From assembly GCA_027604505.1 (NCBI GenBank), contig JADIIX010000137.1:1-60901 (forward strand): DNA of 60,901 nt, in the 5' to 3' direction. The position numbers and the translations under genes are program-made. The notes under the pieces are model-generated. The model was not told where the DNA came from and ran no database searches. It saw nothing but the letters and a program-made list of their open reading frames with translations. Positions 12,501-24,945 of this stretch are shown here, one piece after another (positions within the stretch are counted from its first letter, which is position 1; each line of letters opens with the position of its first letter). This stretch comes from Gonapodya sp. JEL0774. Taxonomy: Eukaryota.

Positions 12501-13887
12501 CGGAGAAGATTCCCTCGGTGTTTTTGGAGGCCACCCGCCGCGCACCCGCTATTCGATTCACTGTAGATGATTATGCAGAAGTATTGGCAAGTACACAATG
12601 GCGTTTGCATTTGTCTTACTTTTACGAAACAAACTGGCGACTCCAGGTAGACAGCGCGAACGTGCTTGGTTATCTTCTTAACTGGTTACTCATTCTAGAA
12701 CATTTTGAGGGTGCTGTAAGAATTTATCGTCGTTTTGTCGTTTCGTTGAACACCGGACGTTTGAGTGCTGATGGTGCGGTTATTCATGGCAGACATTTCA
12801 GCTCAAAGCTTCCTACATCAATCACTTGCGGCATCAAGGGGAAGCGCTTCCTGCATTTTTTAATTCACTCTTTCGGATCTTGGGTGTTTTGCCAGCCGGG
12901 CGGAGCGGCGAGTTTGACCCGTCAAAGTGGCAAATTCAGACAGTGGACCTTGTGGAACTGGATACGGACACCAGTCTGGCATTTTCACTGCTTGCTTCTC
13001 ATCTTTACTGGCGCAGTCTCAAAAGTTTGCCCAGTTTAGTTCGAATGTGGTGGTTGGACTTGCGGAATCGTCAGACGTCGCAAACTATCGAAACGTGAGA
13101 TGAAGCATCGCCAGTCTACACAATGTCACCTTTTGATGTCTCGCTTGTTTTTTAAGGTACACGGAGAACTATTTTACACCATCTATTGTCAGTCAGGAGC
13201 TGGAATTTGCGTCTGACGTTGACAAGTTGCAACTCGAGAAGTTGAACATCAAGGTCTTGAAAACGTCTTCGGAGATACAGGCGACTTACGAAGTGGAGGA
13301 CAACGCTATTCTCGGAGTCACGGTAAAGTTTCTTAGCTCCTTCCCCTTAAAGCAATGCGAAATCGATGGAACGGGAGGTGCTCGCGTGGGGGTGTCGGAG
13401 TCGAGGTGGAGAGCATGGTTGCTGGGACTTTCGTCCGTTATGTTGATACAAAACGGAAACATCTTGGATGCCATAGCTACATGGCACAAAAACGTTGTGC
13501 TTCACTATGAGGGAATCGAGGACTGCACCATTTGGTGAGCTCACTGTGCTGACGAACACGCCAGTGAAAATACTCTACACCCCTTGACTTTTGCACAGCT
13601 ACTCCATCATCGGAGTAATTGATCGCTCTTTACCATCAAGAAGATGTCGAACTTGTCGGAACAAATTCCATGCTGCCTGGTAGGCTCACGCATCGTTTCG
13701 AGATTTAAAATTCCTCCGTAAACCTCATCTGTTCCGTCAATCGTACATTCTTGTTTATGCAGTCTCCACAAGGTATGTTCAAACATTTCAAGAGTGTTGT
13801 TGTGACACGGCACTGATGATTGTAATCGCACAGTGGTTTAAAAGTAGCGGACAGGCTTCTTGTCCCCTCTGTCGGTCAGCGTTTTGA
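6530..13887 (+). CDS. LTN1: E3 ubiquitin ligase listerin (ribosome quality control), multi-exon
   Basis: N-terminal MGKNNPK..RAADVL..FGFAFG..LKFILRRLVKRDPLTRGKA..DADRRVRE. C-terminal LPSLVRMWW, RWD-like FPLKQ..GVSESRWRAW and RING [44 protein letters not shown]. Confidence 0.95.
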
Positions 13888-14028
13888 CATATGTGTAATT
13901 CATTATGTTATGAGCAATGAGTTAGTGGCATCAATACCCCGGTTAAGTAGCATCTTATTAATACCATGTCGAGTATCCCACCAGTAATATCCCACGGAGG
14001 ACCCTGGCCACGATCAAAGCAAGCCATG

Positions 14029-16628
14029 TTAAGTGTCATGCAGTTCCATCAAACTCCAAGCTAATAAAGGGTAGGTGAGCTATTTCAGCAGTGTGTAGAG
14101 AACTCATATGTACAAAATCTCATACCGGCGAGCATTTGCAACTCTTGATACTCCTTCATGTTTTCCTACAAGAGTATCGTGAGATTGGTAAGCTTTCCGG
14201 AATCCAAAGCAACACGTACTTGTAGAGTTTCCATCAATTGGAAGTACTTGAACAATGTGTCCTTTGGCCACATCGTCTCTTCGCTGTGAGCAGTCAAGCC
14301 CGCTAGTGTTTCCGCGACTGTCAGCTCCCACTCTGTTGAAATCCACAACGCATGTTTATATGACAGGTCCTAAGCAGCAGCAGAATGGAACTTGCCCTTT
14401 GAAATGCCGTGACTTGCTATCAGCAGCCGCTGTATTGTCTCGAGAATATCACCATCGTTGCGTGTTTCGGGTTTGAGTGGCGTTTCCGAGTTATTTCTTT
14501 CAGGAACTTCAGCAGTGTCCGAGACTTTGCGGTTCGAGGGCGAATCGGGTGGTTGCGAGACCAGGTTTGGTCTCCCTCGTCCATCATCCGGCAGGGCGGG
14601 CTGTGTAGAATCTCGTTCCTGTGAGTTTGCGTCCAATTGGTTCATTCTGGGCGCGTCGGGCTCCGAGGGCGCCCCATTTGTCGCAACGGCTTCACTTGGT
14701 GCTGGCAGAGCGGAATCGACACGATCGTCAAAGGTCGTGGGTTGTGGCAGTCCAGATGCTTCCGTAACGCTAGGTAAATTGTTACTGAAAGAAAAGTCTC
14801 GGTATGCGATTCTTGTACACGGCAATACACGTGAACTTACATAGATCTCTGAATGTTCCCTTGGACCTTGAGCTCCTTGTTCAGTTTCTTTCGCATTCGC
14901 AGAAACTTCCGCTTCTTGAAGTACTCTGCCTTCTTTTCTTTGAGTGTTTCGCTGATTTTGGCGAAGTTGTTAACTGTAGAACAATCGCTTGAGAGTACAT
15001 GTGATCCCCAACACCAGCATGCGTGACGCTCACCCATGACTCCAACGAAGACATTCCTAAAGATGAACGATCCCAAACAAACCCACAAAAAAATGAAGAC
15101 AGTGGTCAGCATGGGATCCGCGGCTCTGTCCATATCGATGTTGACCGCATCCCATTGATCGAGGGTGAGGAGTTGAAAGAGCATCTGGAGAGCAGTGCCA
15201 ACATTCCTTTACGACACATCAACTGGATCAGGACCTTCCATCCGAAGCACCAGACCCTAACAATCATCTCACTGCCAGGCATATTGATACTTGAGGTCGG
15301 GAATGGGTGACCGGACGTATGACTCAAACAGGTTGATAGCAATAATGGCGAAAATGTACATGAAGATGAGCACCTTGGGTGGCAAGTTGTAAATCAGGAA
15401 CATGTGCTTTGAATGCGTCACCAATTCACCACTCACCAGGAGCATAATGAATGCCATAGACTGTGAAAGAGCGTCAGGATACTCCAGTGGCACCCGACAA
15501 CGGCATCATCTTGCAACTCACTTCAAAAGCTTGCATAATGGTAAGCACAATGATTTTCAGACTTCCAAAGCGAACAATCTGGATAGTATGGACGAGCTAA
15601 GACTCCGGCTTGTATCCCATAACACCGAAAGGAACAACCCACCACTTTGAGAGCTCGCAAGACACGAATGGTTCTAAGTTCACGAGTAACGCTAAGCAGT
15701 GCGTTTGAGGCACTTGCCGAGCCGACAAGCTCCATGACTTCGGGAATAGCCGAAAGCATCGTAATTGTGAAGTCCATTATGTTCCATCCATCTTTCCAGA
15801 ACATCCAGAAGTCATCGGTCCATTTGAGCCAAATTTCAACGATGAACATAGTCAGCACAAATTGGTCTATAACTTTCATCCCTTGGAAAAGCTGATAGTG
15901 ATCTGCTTCCGATTCATGCAGCTCTACAACAACGTTCAGCAGTTTTTGTCATCGTGTTCAAGAGCGAATATTCTCACCCGCTTGCACGCCAACTAGTACA
16001 GAGTTCGCGACTATAAGAAACAAAAGCATATTCTGGAAAATGGGGTCTGTGAAGAAAGCTCATGAGGGTCCAAATGAACCTCCCAGAGAAAACCTTCGCA
16101 AGCAGTCACAATAGTCCCAATTTGTCCTCACGTTCTACTACCCAGTTTGCCCACGCTCCCAGAGGAACAGTTTCAATGTTTCGTGTCCGCGTAAGTCGGC
16201 GATCGGTCTTCTGAGCATTGTCCAGTTGTTGCACCCGTTTGAAGGCGTGAAATTTTATAAGTTGGTGAGGGTTCTCCAAGAGAATCTTCTGAAGTTGTTC
16301 GGGATCTGTAGGTGTTAAGAACTTTAGCGAGAATATTCTGGTGTTGGTGATTCTTCAAAATAGAGTTGACCTTGAATGTCTTTGGTACTATGAACAGGAG
16401 CCGAAGCGAGGTTGTTGTCGGAGAGGTTGTCAAGCAATTGAAATTCTTCAATCAGTCTAGTTCTGAATATTGAAGAGCGAACCGATAGGTCGTGAAAAGC
16501 TGCAGTTAGGAGAGTGTGGTGATCCAAGATGAACCGAGCGGCCTAATCGATGCGATGTCAAGAGAGCAACTAAAATCACCATTTTCAGGAGCGAATCTTC
16601 TAAGGGTGGCTGCTGCTTCTTCTGGCAT
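14029..16628 (-). CDS. CATSPER2: Cation channel sperm-associated protein 2-like (CatSper2 alpha subunit, 6-TM Ca2+ channel)
   Basis: N-terminal RSSIFRTRLIEEFQLLDNL; S2-S3 EIWLKWTDDFWMFWKDGWNIMDFTITMLSAIPE; S4 RELRTIRVLRALK; SMAFIMLL..FESYVRSPIPDLKY; pore LFQLLTLDQW; S6 LWVCLGSFIFRNVFVGVM; C-terminal WPKDTLFKYFQLMETLQ..ELQMLAAWSLMEL. Each parallels a segment of metazoan CatSper2 (e.g. TLDHW pore, WPRDSLFRYF). Confidence 0.88.
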
Positions 16629-17249
16629 CACGCAGGCGCTTCGGCGTTGCAAGGATGGACCCACCCAAATGAACCACCTAATATGCCCAATTTCGGTTAA
16701 AATTATCGGGGCGATGGGATCTAAATCGCTCTCCTCTCCAAATACGGAGAAAAGCCTACACTATGACAACTATGACAGCCAATAGTAGGTAATTGTAGCT
16801 TGCGGAGAGCCACAGGATTTAGCAATCGGAGCTTCCGCTCCGGCGGAATACCACCCAATTTCGTGTAATAAAATTTTCGCATATGGCTCTTCGGGGCAAG
16901 TCTTTGTCGGGGTTGTCAGTCATCGAAAGGTTTTCGGGTTCACCTGAGGTTTGTGGTGTTTCCCGGGGTTCTGTATATGCACGATAGATACCCTGACCCG
17001 GCGTTTTCCACCAGTCTGCAGCCCAGCGAGCACGGACCTTGCCCTTGAAGATCACGTGGCAGGCTGACCGGCAGAGGTCGGCAGCACTGCTTGGCAACTG
17101 AACTTCCGCCTTTGCCGCCTGGTGTTCCGTCAGTCCCCGTCTCCCTTCGGATATTCAACCGCCAGCGCTCCGACCTCGTCGCCGTCCTCAATTCGACACG
17201 TTCACTCATTGAAAAAATACTCAGAGTGGCTCTCTTTTCGCTTAAGCAA

Positions 17250-19101
17250 ATGGCCCTGTCTCCAGCGACAATATCCTCTGCTCCTTCTTTGAGCGGCAAT
17301 TTCGATACCCTGCACGTCACTATTATCACTCCTACCGACCGCTCAGTTGACAGAGGCGATCTCTGCGATATATTTTTCTCGCAGAATGGCTTGCGAAAGC
17401 TAAGCTTTCACGAAGGATATGCCTTCGCGCATTTCGAAACGCCCGATGACGCGATGCTTGCTCTGAAGAGCGTCCAGGACGGAGATTTCGGACCTCGAAG
17501 CCTCCGAATTCAGGTCGAATTCGCGAGAATTTCCTACCGCCCAAATTATTATCATCCAGATGTTCTTCACTCCACAAACCGGAGGCTGCATGTTACACAC
17601 TTTCCCCGAAACACCACAGTCCTTGAGCTGAAGAAGATTTTTGGACGTTACCCGGGATTTGAGGTGGTTGAATACCACATCAAGTATGCTTACGTTACAT
17701 ATCATTCTGAGGTGAGTTTAATCATTGGTATTCGAGGAGTTCGAATTTTCCCCAAACATATATTCTTCAGAGTAACTCTAGTCAGGCGATGCACTACCTG
17801 AACGCCCATACCAACCTCATAGTATCATTTGCGAAACCCGATATTCGTGACGAGCTTGCACTTTCTCCATCGACCGGGGAAGTTACGCTTCTAGGCGTCC
17901 GCTCCCCCCCGATGATGAACACCCGCACAAGTCCTTCTCCACACTCCCGCTATCCGCTTCCTACGGCCCAATCAGGACTCTTTCCGGGATATCCAATGAG
18001 TGTTACTGGAAACTCGGTTGCCTCGAGTCCGTCGAGTATCCCTGCGAGTCGAGTTTATCCAGCGGCACCGCCTCTCCGAGAGACGGATACCCGTCGCTAC
18101 CACCATTCTCGCGTCATCGCTCCAGATCCAGAACTTCTTCATGCGATAAATGTGGTGTCAGCTGCAGGTCTGTTGACCCAAGGTACTTTCAGACCCCGTT
18201 TGCTCACTGGGGAACGGGTTACACTTGAAGACGTGGGGCGGATGGAAATGGCGAGCATGCAGACTGCCTTACAGGGGATTGCCAGAGACTCCTACGCTTC
18301 CGGTAGACCACCCATGCCAAAGCTTCAAACCGGTCCAAATCACCCGAAGAGCATCAGTGAACCCGCTGATTTGGAGAGCTGGCTTCTCCGCAGAAGCCCA
18401 CAAGAACTTTCTTCGCACGGAAAGCAAGCAACTTACCCTATATCATCGATGAGTCGTGCTAAGAGCTGGGGTGGTCAGCCCTCAGAGTTCGAACGGGAGC
18501 TTCGTGATGCATCACGGCATTCTGTAGTCGGCTACCCCACAGCATCTGACTACCTTCGACGTAGCGTCCCCCCGGGTAATTCGGGGATTACTTTGCAAAG
18601 TTTGTCGGGGGATTTTGATGTGAGTACTCCATTCGAAGTGATTGTTGAACGGATCGAGAAGGCACAATCATGAATGTCCTTCCTCAATAGCATTCCAGGG
18701 ACAATCGTTTTACACGCGCTAACGACTATTCTGCCGCATCTTTCCCATTGCCGTCACCGTCAAGCAGGCTGGACACATCGGTCACCGGGATCCCTGTCTA
18801 TCCGCGTTCGGGAACCTTGCCTACGGGAAACGCTTCTTTCGAAACAAAAGTTGCCGCCAGCACTCCTACTTCTACACACGTACAATCTGAGTTCTTGCAC
18901 CAAAATCTTCTTGCTCATGGTCGCAAGGTCGAGCTATCGTCGACCCACGTTACTTCTCCTTCCAGTCCCGCCGACGCATCGCCTTCGTCTCCAATGTCTC
19001 GTGTGTTTGCAGATAACGACGTCGTCCCACCGGCGGAGGGTGGGCGCACGGAAGATGGATCTGGAAGTTGGTCTCTGTGGAGCGGGCAAAGCCCTTGGTG
19101 A
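17250..19101 (+). CDS. Two-RRM RNA-binding protein with a long S/P-rich C-terminal tail (start codon uncertain)
   Basis: RRM1 DTLHVT..GYAFAHFETPDDAMLAL..LRIQVEFAR. RRM2 RRLHVTHFPRNTTVLELKKIFGRYPGF..KYAYVTY..LIVSFAK. Two GT-AG introns start near 17712 and 18620. Confidence 0.75.
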
Positions 19102-19262
19102 AAAGCGGACTTTCTTGGATTTGGACAATCGTTATTGCAATCAGGACATTCAATTTGGCACTGAACCGTATCGAAAGAAACTTATTGACATTTTGGTATC
19201 ACATCTGCATTCTCCCCTTTTGCCTGTAAATTAGTTGCTGTACAAATTGCTCCTCCTCGAAA

Positions 19263-21623
19263 TCACAGTACGCTTACGCCCAAATTGTTCTAGTTATTGT
19301 AATAGTGCATATTATGGAATAATCAGTGACTTCACTTCGTGTTTCTTTGGGCGAATCTGAACTCACCTCGATCAAGTTATTTACAAATGTTGCAGAAAAT
19401 CCTGCTTTCGTAAGATCGTTAAGCTCTGACGAACGTGCCGCGTTACTGTTGCAATCCGAAGTCATTGTCTAGCAAATTTTATGAACAAACTTACGTGCGA
19501 AGCCAGCCGGTGAGTCTTTCCAACATTGCACAATTTGCTGAGCCCTTTTTACTCCAATTCCCTTGAGTTTCTTGATGCGCGTTTCGTCACCGGAATTGAC
19601 AACTTCAAGGAGGGAGCGCTTTACTTCCGTCAAATTGATAATTAAGCGTCCTTCCGCATTTTCAACGTCGGTATCTGCATCACTTGAGACCCGCTTGTGC
19701 GTGCGTTTGTGGAGACAATCGACCATGTTTGCCGTTTCGCAATGCTTGGCATGTGAGTCTCTGCTTTCCGTCCTATTGGTGGCGTCCAAAAGACTTGCAA
19801 TGACAGTAAAGGTTATGTATGACGACCGCAAATCAACTTGTGAGGGGACTTTATCATTGAGAGCACAAAATAAAGCACTTACGTCTTGCCGTTTGGTTCC
19901 TTCTGCTGGCGGAACATACTGAGTCTTAAACCACCCCGCACAAAATTGTTGGTGCAAAAGCAGAGGGAAGACACAAGAATCAAACATACCCTGTAATGAG
20001 TTCTTCCAACTTATTTTTCGCAACACGTGCGATGTGGTCATCCAGCGACTGTTCGTCTAAGTGCGATTCAGCATCTTTCGAGTTCGTGCGGGACAGGAAT
20101 GAATTGGAAACTTACCAATCGCCATATTTCCAAGCCATCTATTCTCATTGCCACTCGTTTGATTCCCAGCCAAGTCGATTTCCTGTGCAGTGTCACCTCG
20201 TCGTATCCGTTTTGGTCGAGCAAAATTCAATTCCGAAGACATATGAGCATCCCCTTGTCGTCTCTTTGCTATCCGTTCAAGATCCGACCTCCTGTCTACT
20301 GCAGAATTCGCTGAAAGCCTCGCGGACCGCTCGATTTCTTCGTTAACCACCACTCTGTTGACGATGAGCTTCGATTTGGCTGCGAAGTTCAGAGTATTGT
20401 GTGTATCAGTAGAATATTCCTCCTGAGGGCCCACACAGGCAATGATCATCGCTTTAGCCTTGCCACCAAGGGAATCTTGCAAGAAACGTGTCATTTTGGA
20501 GTCTCTGAAAGGAATGCGAGCCTGTAAACAAGGAGATGACATGTTTTCTACAGCGGAAGAGCAAATTTGGAAAAGCGCGTTTCTACCTGTCCTTTATTCA
20601 GCGCTTCTACCACTTGTCCGAGAACGAAGAGACTCTTGTTAATGGCCCCACTTTCGACCATTCGTACACCTGTATTTCCAGTGCGCTTATTATCCTGGAC
20701 AGGAAGAAACGTTCTTTGCAGTCTACTAGAAAGACGAGATGTAAAACTTGTGGCAACACACCTCACTTCCTGCCAAGTCAATGAGGTGAAGTTTCGAAAA
20801 GAGTGACTTGAATGAACCATCCGAGAGCGCCGTCTTCACATTGACCTTCACGATAGCATACACCATGAGTGTTGCTCAAAGTCAAGAGGGGGGAGCCCAA
20901 GATTACTCACGGTGAGTGTTGTGACAAAGTGGCTCCGGGAACTATGTTCGTTCATTTTTGTTGCCGCTGTCGACCTGTTCTTTGTGGCATTTTCCAACGC
21001 TCGCTCAAAGTCTATGTAGTTGTCAACTAGAACTTCTGAAAGTCCTGCGACAGTGATACGGTGTTGTGCGTCCTCTCTGAGTTCCAACTGCACACCGTCA
21101 TTACGAGCATGGAGATCGTACACCTTCTCATTATAGATTTCAAGGAAGGATGCTCGCAGTGTGAGATTTAGATTTTGAGTTCCTGCTTCGTCTAATAGGT
21201 ACTGAACAGTGTGCGGAATTATGCCTCGATTCGCGGCATGGCCAAGCATTGTAAAGGTTTTCCCCGCTGTTTCCCGATGACAAATGAGATAACGCTGCAA
21301 AATAAGGAGGCAAAGAATTGTGTCTCACCTCCTGTCATACCGTAGGCGAAAATCGTCGCGTTCTGTCCGTTCAACACGCCGGTTAGAATATCGGCACATT
21401 CTGCGAATACCGCCTCCTGTGAATCCCCATCCCACACTCGATCGAAAGAGTAATTCAGATCCTCGGTAATCATCCGAGGGTTCGGCAGTGAAATGGTGGT
21501 GTTCGTGACAGTCAAAAATCCTCGGGAAACTTCCCCAGGCAGAGGAGGGCGAACCCGGAGAGTAACTTTGACGGGCGCTAACGAAGCTGAGCCCTTGAGT
21601 ACACGAGTAGAGGGTCCTTCCAT
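19263..21623 (-). CDS. KIF22: Kinesin-10 / KIF22 (Kid)-like chromokinesin with a C-terminal helix-hairpin-helix motif
   Basis: [10 protein letters not shown]-loop [66 protein letters not shown]. HhH segment [25 protein letters not shown]. Confidence 0.88.
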
Positions 21624-21752
21624 CGGATCGAAGGGAAATCGCAAGATATGATGCTGAACCTGCGCGGGGAGCGCCTCGGACCGTGCACTCACTCAGAATG
21701 CCACTCAAGCCAACAACCATACGATTATTCGTTACTTCTAGCTTCAACATAT

Positions 21753-24700
21753 CTACTTCAGATTATCCAGCTTATGGCGCAGATTCGAGAACTGTTCTGT
21801 GCCGTCCCATGCTTTCACCGTTCGTCCTATTACAGTCCGAAGCACCATTTTGGACTGATATCGCCAGTCCTCACATACAACCTGTTTTGAAGCATCGCCG
21901 CTTATCGATACATCTGATTCACGGGGCAACGGCTTGGGTCCCAATCTTTCGTACGCATCTATGAGATCCAAAGTCACATTTGCAACCTGGTCAAAGGCAT
22001 CGTGGGAATGCGTGATATCTGGATTCTTGGAGACAGCTCGATAAGCCCGGAGGCGGGCTTCTAGCGCAACGTCCCATTTTTCCTGCCCCTCCCAAAACTG
22101 TGCGCCAAGTAACCACACCCGGACATTATCAGATATCCGCTCTGTGATGGCGTGAAGAAGCGCGTCCACCTGCTTAGAAAGCAACCGCGCACTCCGCCCG
22201 TCTGCGTCTGCGGTACCCGATAACACAGAGCGGATGATGATCTCTAAGACTTCAAAGTCGACTGCCTCGGCTCCAACACTTTGAACTCGAAGGTCGATCA
22301 GACGATGCATTGATCGTACCGCTTCTTCGAAATCGGCTATGTCCACGCTTACGTAAAGGTAATTCTGCCACATTTTCCAAGAATCGTAGTTGATTTTCAG
22401 TGCCTGTTGAAGTGCGCGATGGGCTTCTGGTCTGAGATAACTGGTATGAGATGGATCGCAACATATGATTTTCAAATATTGTTTCTCACTTCTTCTTCAA
22501 GTTTATGAAAACGCTCGCAAGGTTATTCCAGGCTTCCGCATTTTCCCAGTTGATTGTTGTGACCTTCGAGAAAGCCTGCACTCCCAATTGCCAGTCTGAA
22601 AGCTGCATCGCAGCACAGCCGAGCATAAACCACGAGCTCTCAAACAGTGGATTTATAGCGAGCGCCGCCTTGTAAGATTCCGCAGATCTGACATAATCTT
22701 TGGCTCTGAAATGGTGTGCACCCAAACTTCGCATTGCCCTGGCGTAACGGTGGTTGGAAAGATTCCACGCCTTCTCGTACATTGAAGCATCTTTGGTGAA
22801 ATCGCCGAGAAGGCACCAATATTTAGGCGAACGTGGAGACTTTTCGATGAGTTGTCGGAGCAATGATTCGGCCTTTGCAGTCTTGTCGAGAATCCTCAGA
22901 CATTCAACACATTGCTCCCATAATTCCAGGCGGGTGAATATATCAAGGGCTGAGGATGTAACTCCGAGTGACAAAAATCTATCAGCAAGCTCCCGCTATG
23001 AGTGATCAGGAATGGAAAGAAGGAAGCCGACAGCCCATGAGTGCATCTCTGACGTAAGTGCGCAGTCATTCCGCAAAGTGTTATCCTGTGCCCAAATGAT
23101 CTCAAAGCATTCAGCGAAGGGCAATTCTTCTTCCCTCAGCCGAGGAGCGACATTTCTTCGGAAACTCTAAAATCGAAATTCTGCACGCACCTCTAACTCC
23201 CACTTCGAAGGCATATCCAAGGCCCATATCCACTGCATTCTTTCTGCAGGGGGCCCGTCGCTGACATCAAACTGATCAACCAAAGCTTGAAGTTGCAAAG
23301 CTGCTCGCTCAACGGTCCGGGACTTTTCCGATTCCAGCCGGGATCTCAACAGTAAGGCCACTGTGTAGACGGACCAATTAGCAGGTTGGTCCAGCACGCG
23401 CTATCAAAACATTCAAATCAAACAAGGGGGTTGGGTTGTATGAACGATGTGAATGTCCCCTTGATACCGAAACCAATACTAACCCGAACAAAAGGGAGCA
23501 TCTCCTCGTTCGTAAGGCCGTCCTTTGGGTTCGTATTCTTGACATTCAGGCATAATGACAACAAGATGCATTGGTCTGAGACTTTTAACATCCCTCTAAA
23601 TTCCTCACCAAATGATGCCTGGCTAAATTCGACGTTCTCGAGGAGGGTGTCGTCATTTAACTTCAAGTTCTCGGGGAGTCTCATTTTTGACGCGGGTTCG
23701 CCATTGCCTTGGTCGGAAAGAGAGCTCTTGGCGGAAATCACCAGCTGTGAGACGTCATTCTGTTGAAACTTCGTCCTTTTACCAAGCGCTCCCGTCAGCT
23801 GCCAGGTGAAACCAGACGTGCGTTGTGCCTCCATGAACGACTCCTGATTTAAGAAAACCGACGCCAATCAGGAATCCACTTGCCGGGTCGGGATGGTTGG
23901 CACCCACTAAAGCTCTTTTGTCTTGCCGATGAAGATGATGGGCCACTCCCTTCTCCAGATAGAAGCGTGTGAGTAAAGCTACTCGTCCATCGTCGTCGTT
24001 TGTGCACTCCACAAAGGGCTCCAACGCTTTTGAAACCAATGCAATTTCCTTCTCAATATCACTCAATACGGTAGCAGATGGATTTTCCAAAATGCGCTGT
24101 TGGAAGAGGAGGCTTCGAAAGTTCCACCACGAAAGTGTCTGGGAGGCCGGCAATTAAGAGCCCTCGGTATCTCGAAAACGAACGTCCACACGAGGAAAGA
24201 ATGACTAACCTGCAGTTCTATACCCTCATGTTCTCGCAATGCACGATATAATAATTTCGAAAGGCACAGGAACAAGAGCTTCGGAGTCAAGTGGTAAACC
24301 TCTTCATTGTCGGCAGCCATCAAGGTGAGGGCAGCATTTGAAATGTTTTCAGACTGCTATAGATACAAGCTTCAGTCAGTAAGTGTGGCGAATGATCAAT
24401 CATGCTCTCCCAAGAATATTCACAGCAGGAAGAAGGACGGCTGGATCCAAGTCAACGGAAGGTCCGGTCCATGCATTTTGAACAAAAGCGCAGAGGCAAG
24501 CGTTTGCAACACAGAGGATTTGCAGTGCTCTCTCGGTAAAAACTCCTCCTTGGTGCAGAAAAGCGGAAACTCGGCGAGAAATAAAAGTTTGCAAATCTAA
24601 CGGCGAGAAGCATTCGAGAATAAATGACTTCAATGACTGAAAGTAATATAATAAAGAATACCTTGATGCTCTTTCAAGATGCGAATCTCAACCTCCTCCG

Positions 24701-24866
24701 CAGAATTGGTTGCAAAAAGCTCTCGAGCGATTGTGGAGTTGAGCAAGGACTTGTAGTCCGCTTGCATGAGAAGAGATGCCAAACCTCCTGATGCAGCATC
24801 CAACGGCACGGGCGTGGATTCTTGACCGAGGAGAAGAAGGAACTCGTCTGGCAGCGAATTGGACAT
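21753..24866 (-). CDS. TTC27: Tetratricopeptide repeat protein TTC27/Emw1
   Basis: FVQNAWTGP, LTGALGKRTKFQQNDVSQL, LNDDTLLE, NWSVYTVALLLRSRLE..RTVERAALQLQALVD, followed by TPRs (YEKAWNLS..ARAMRSLG, AEAWNNLA, WKMWQNY). Confidence 0.92.
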
Positions 24867-24945
24867 TAGGTAATGCGAAGACCACCAACGATTGGGCTAT
24901 AACGTTATCTGCATGACCACAGCCGTTGAGAAGCTCAAATGAAAT

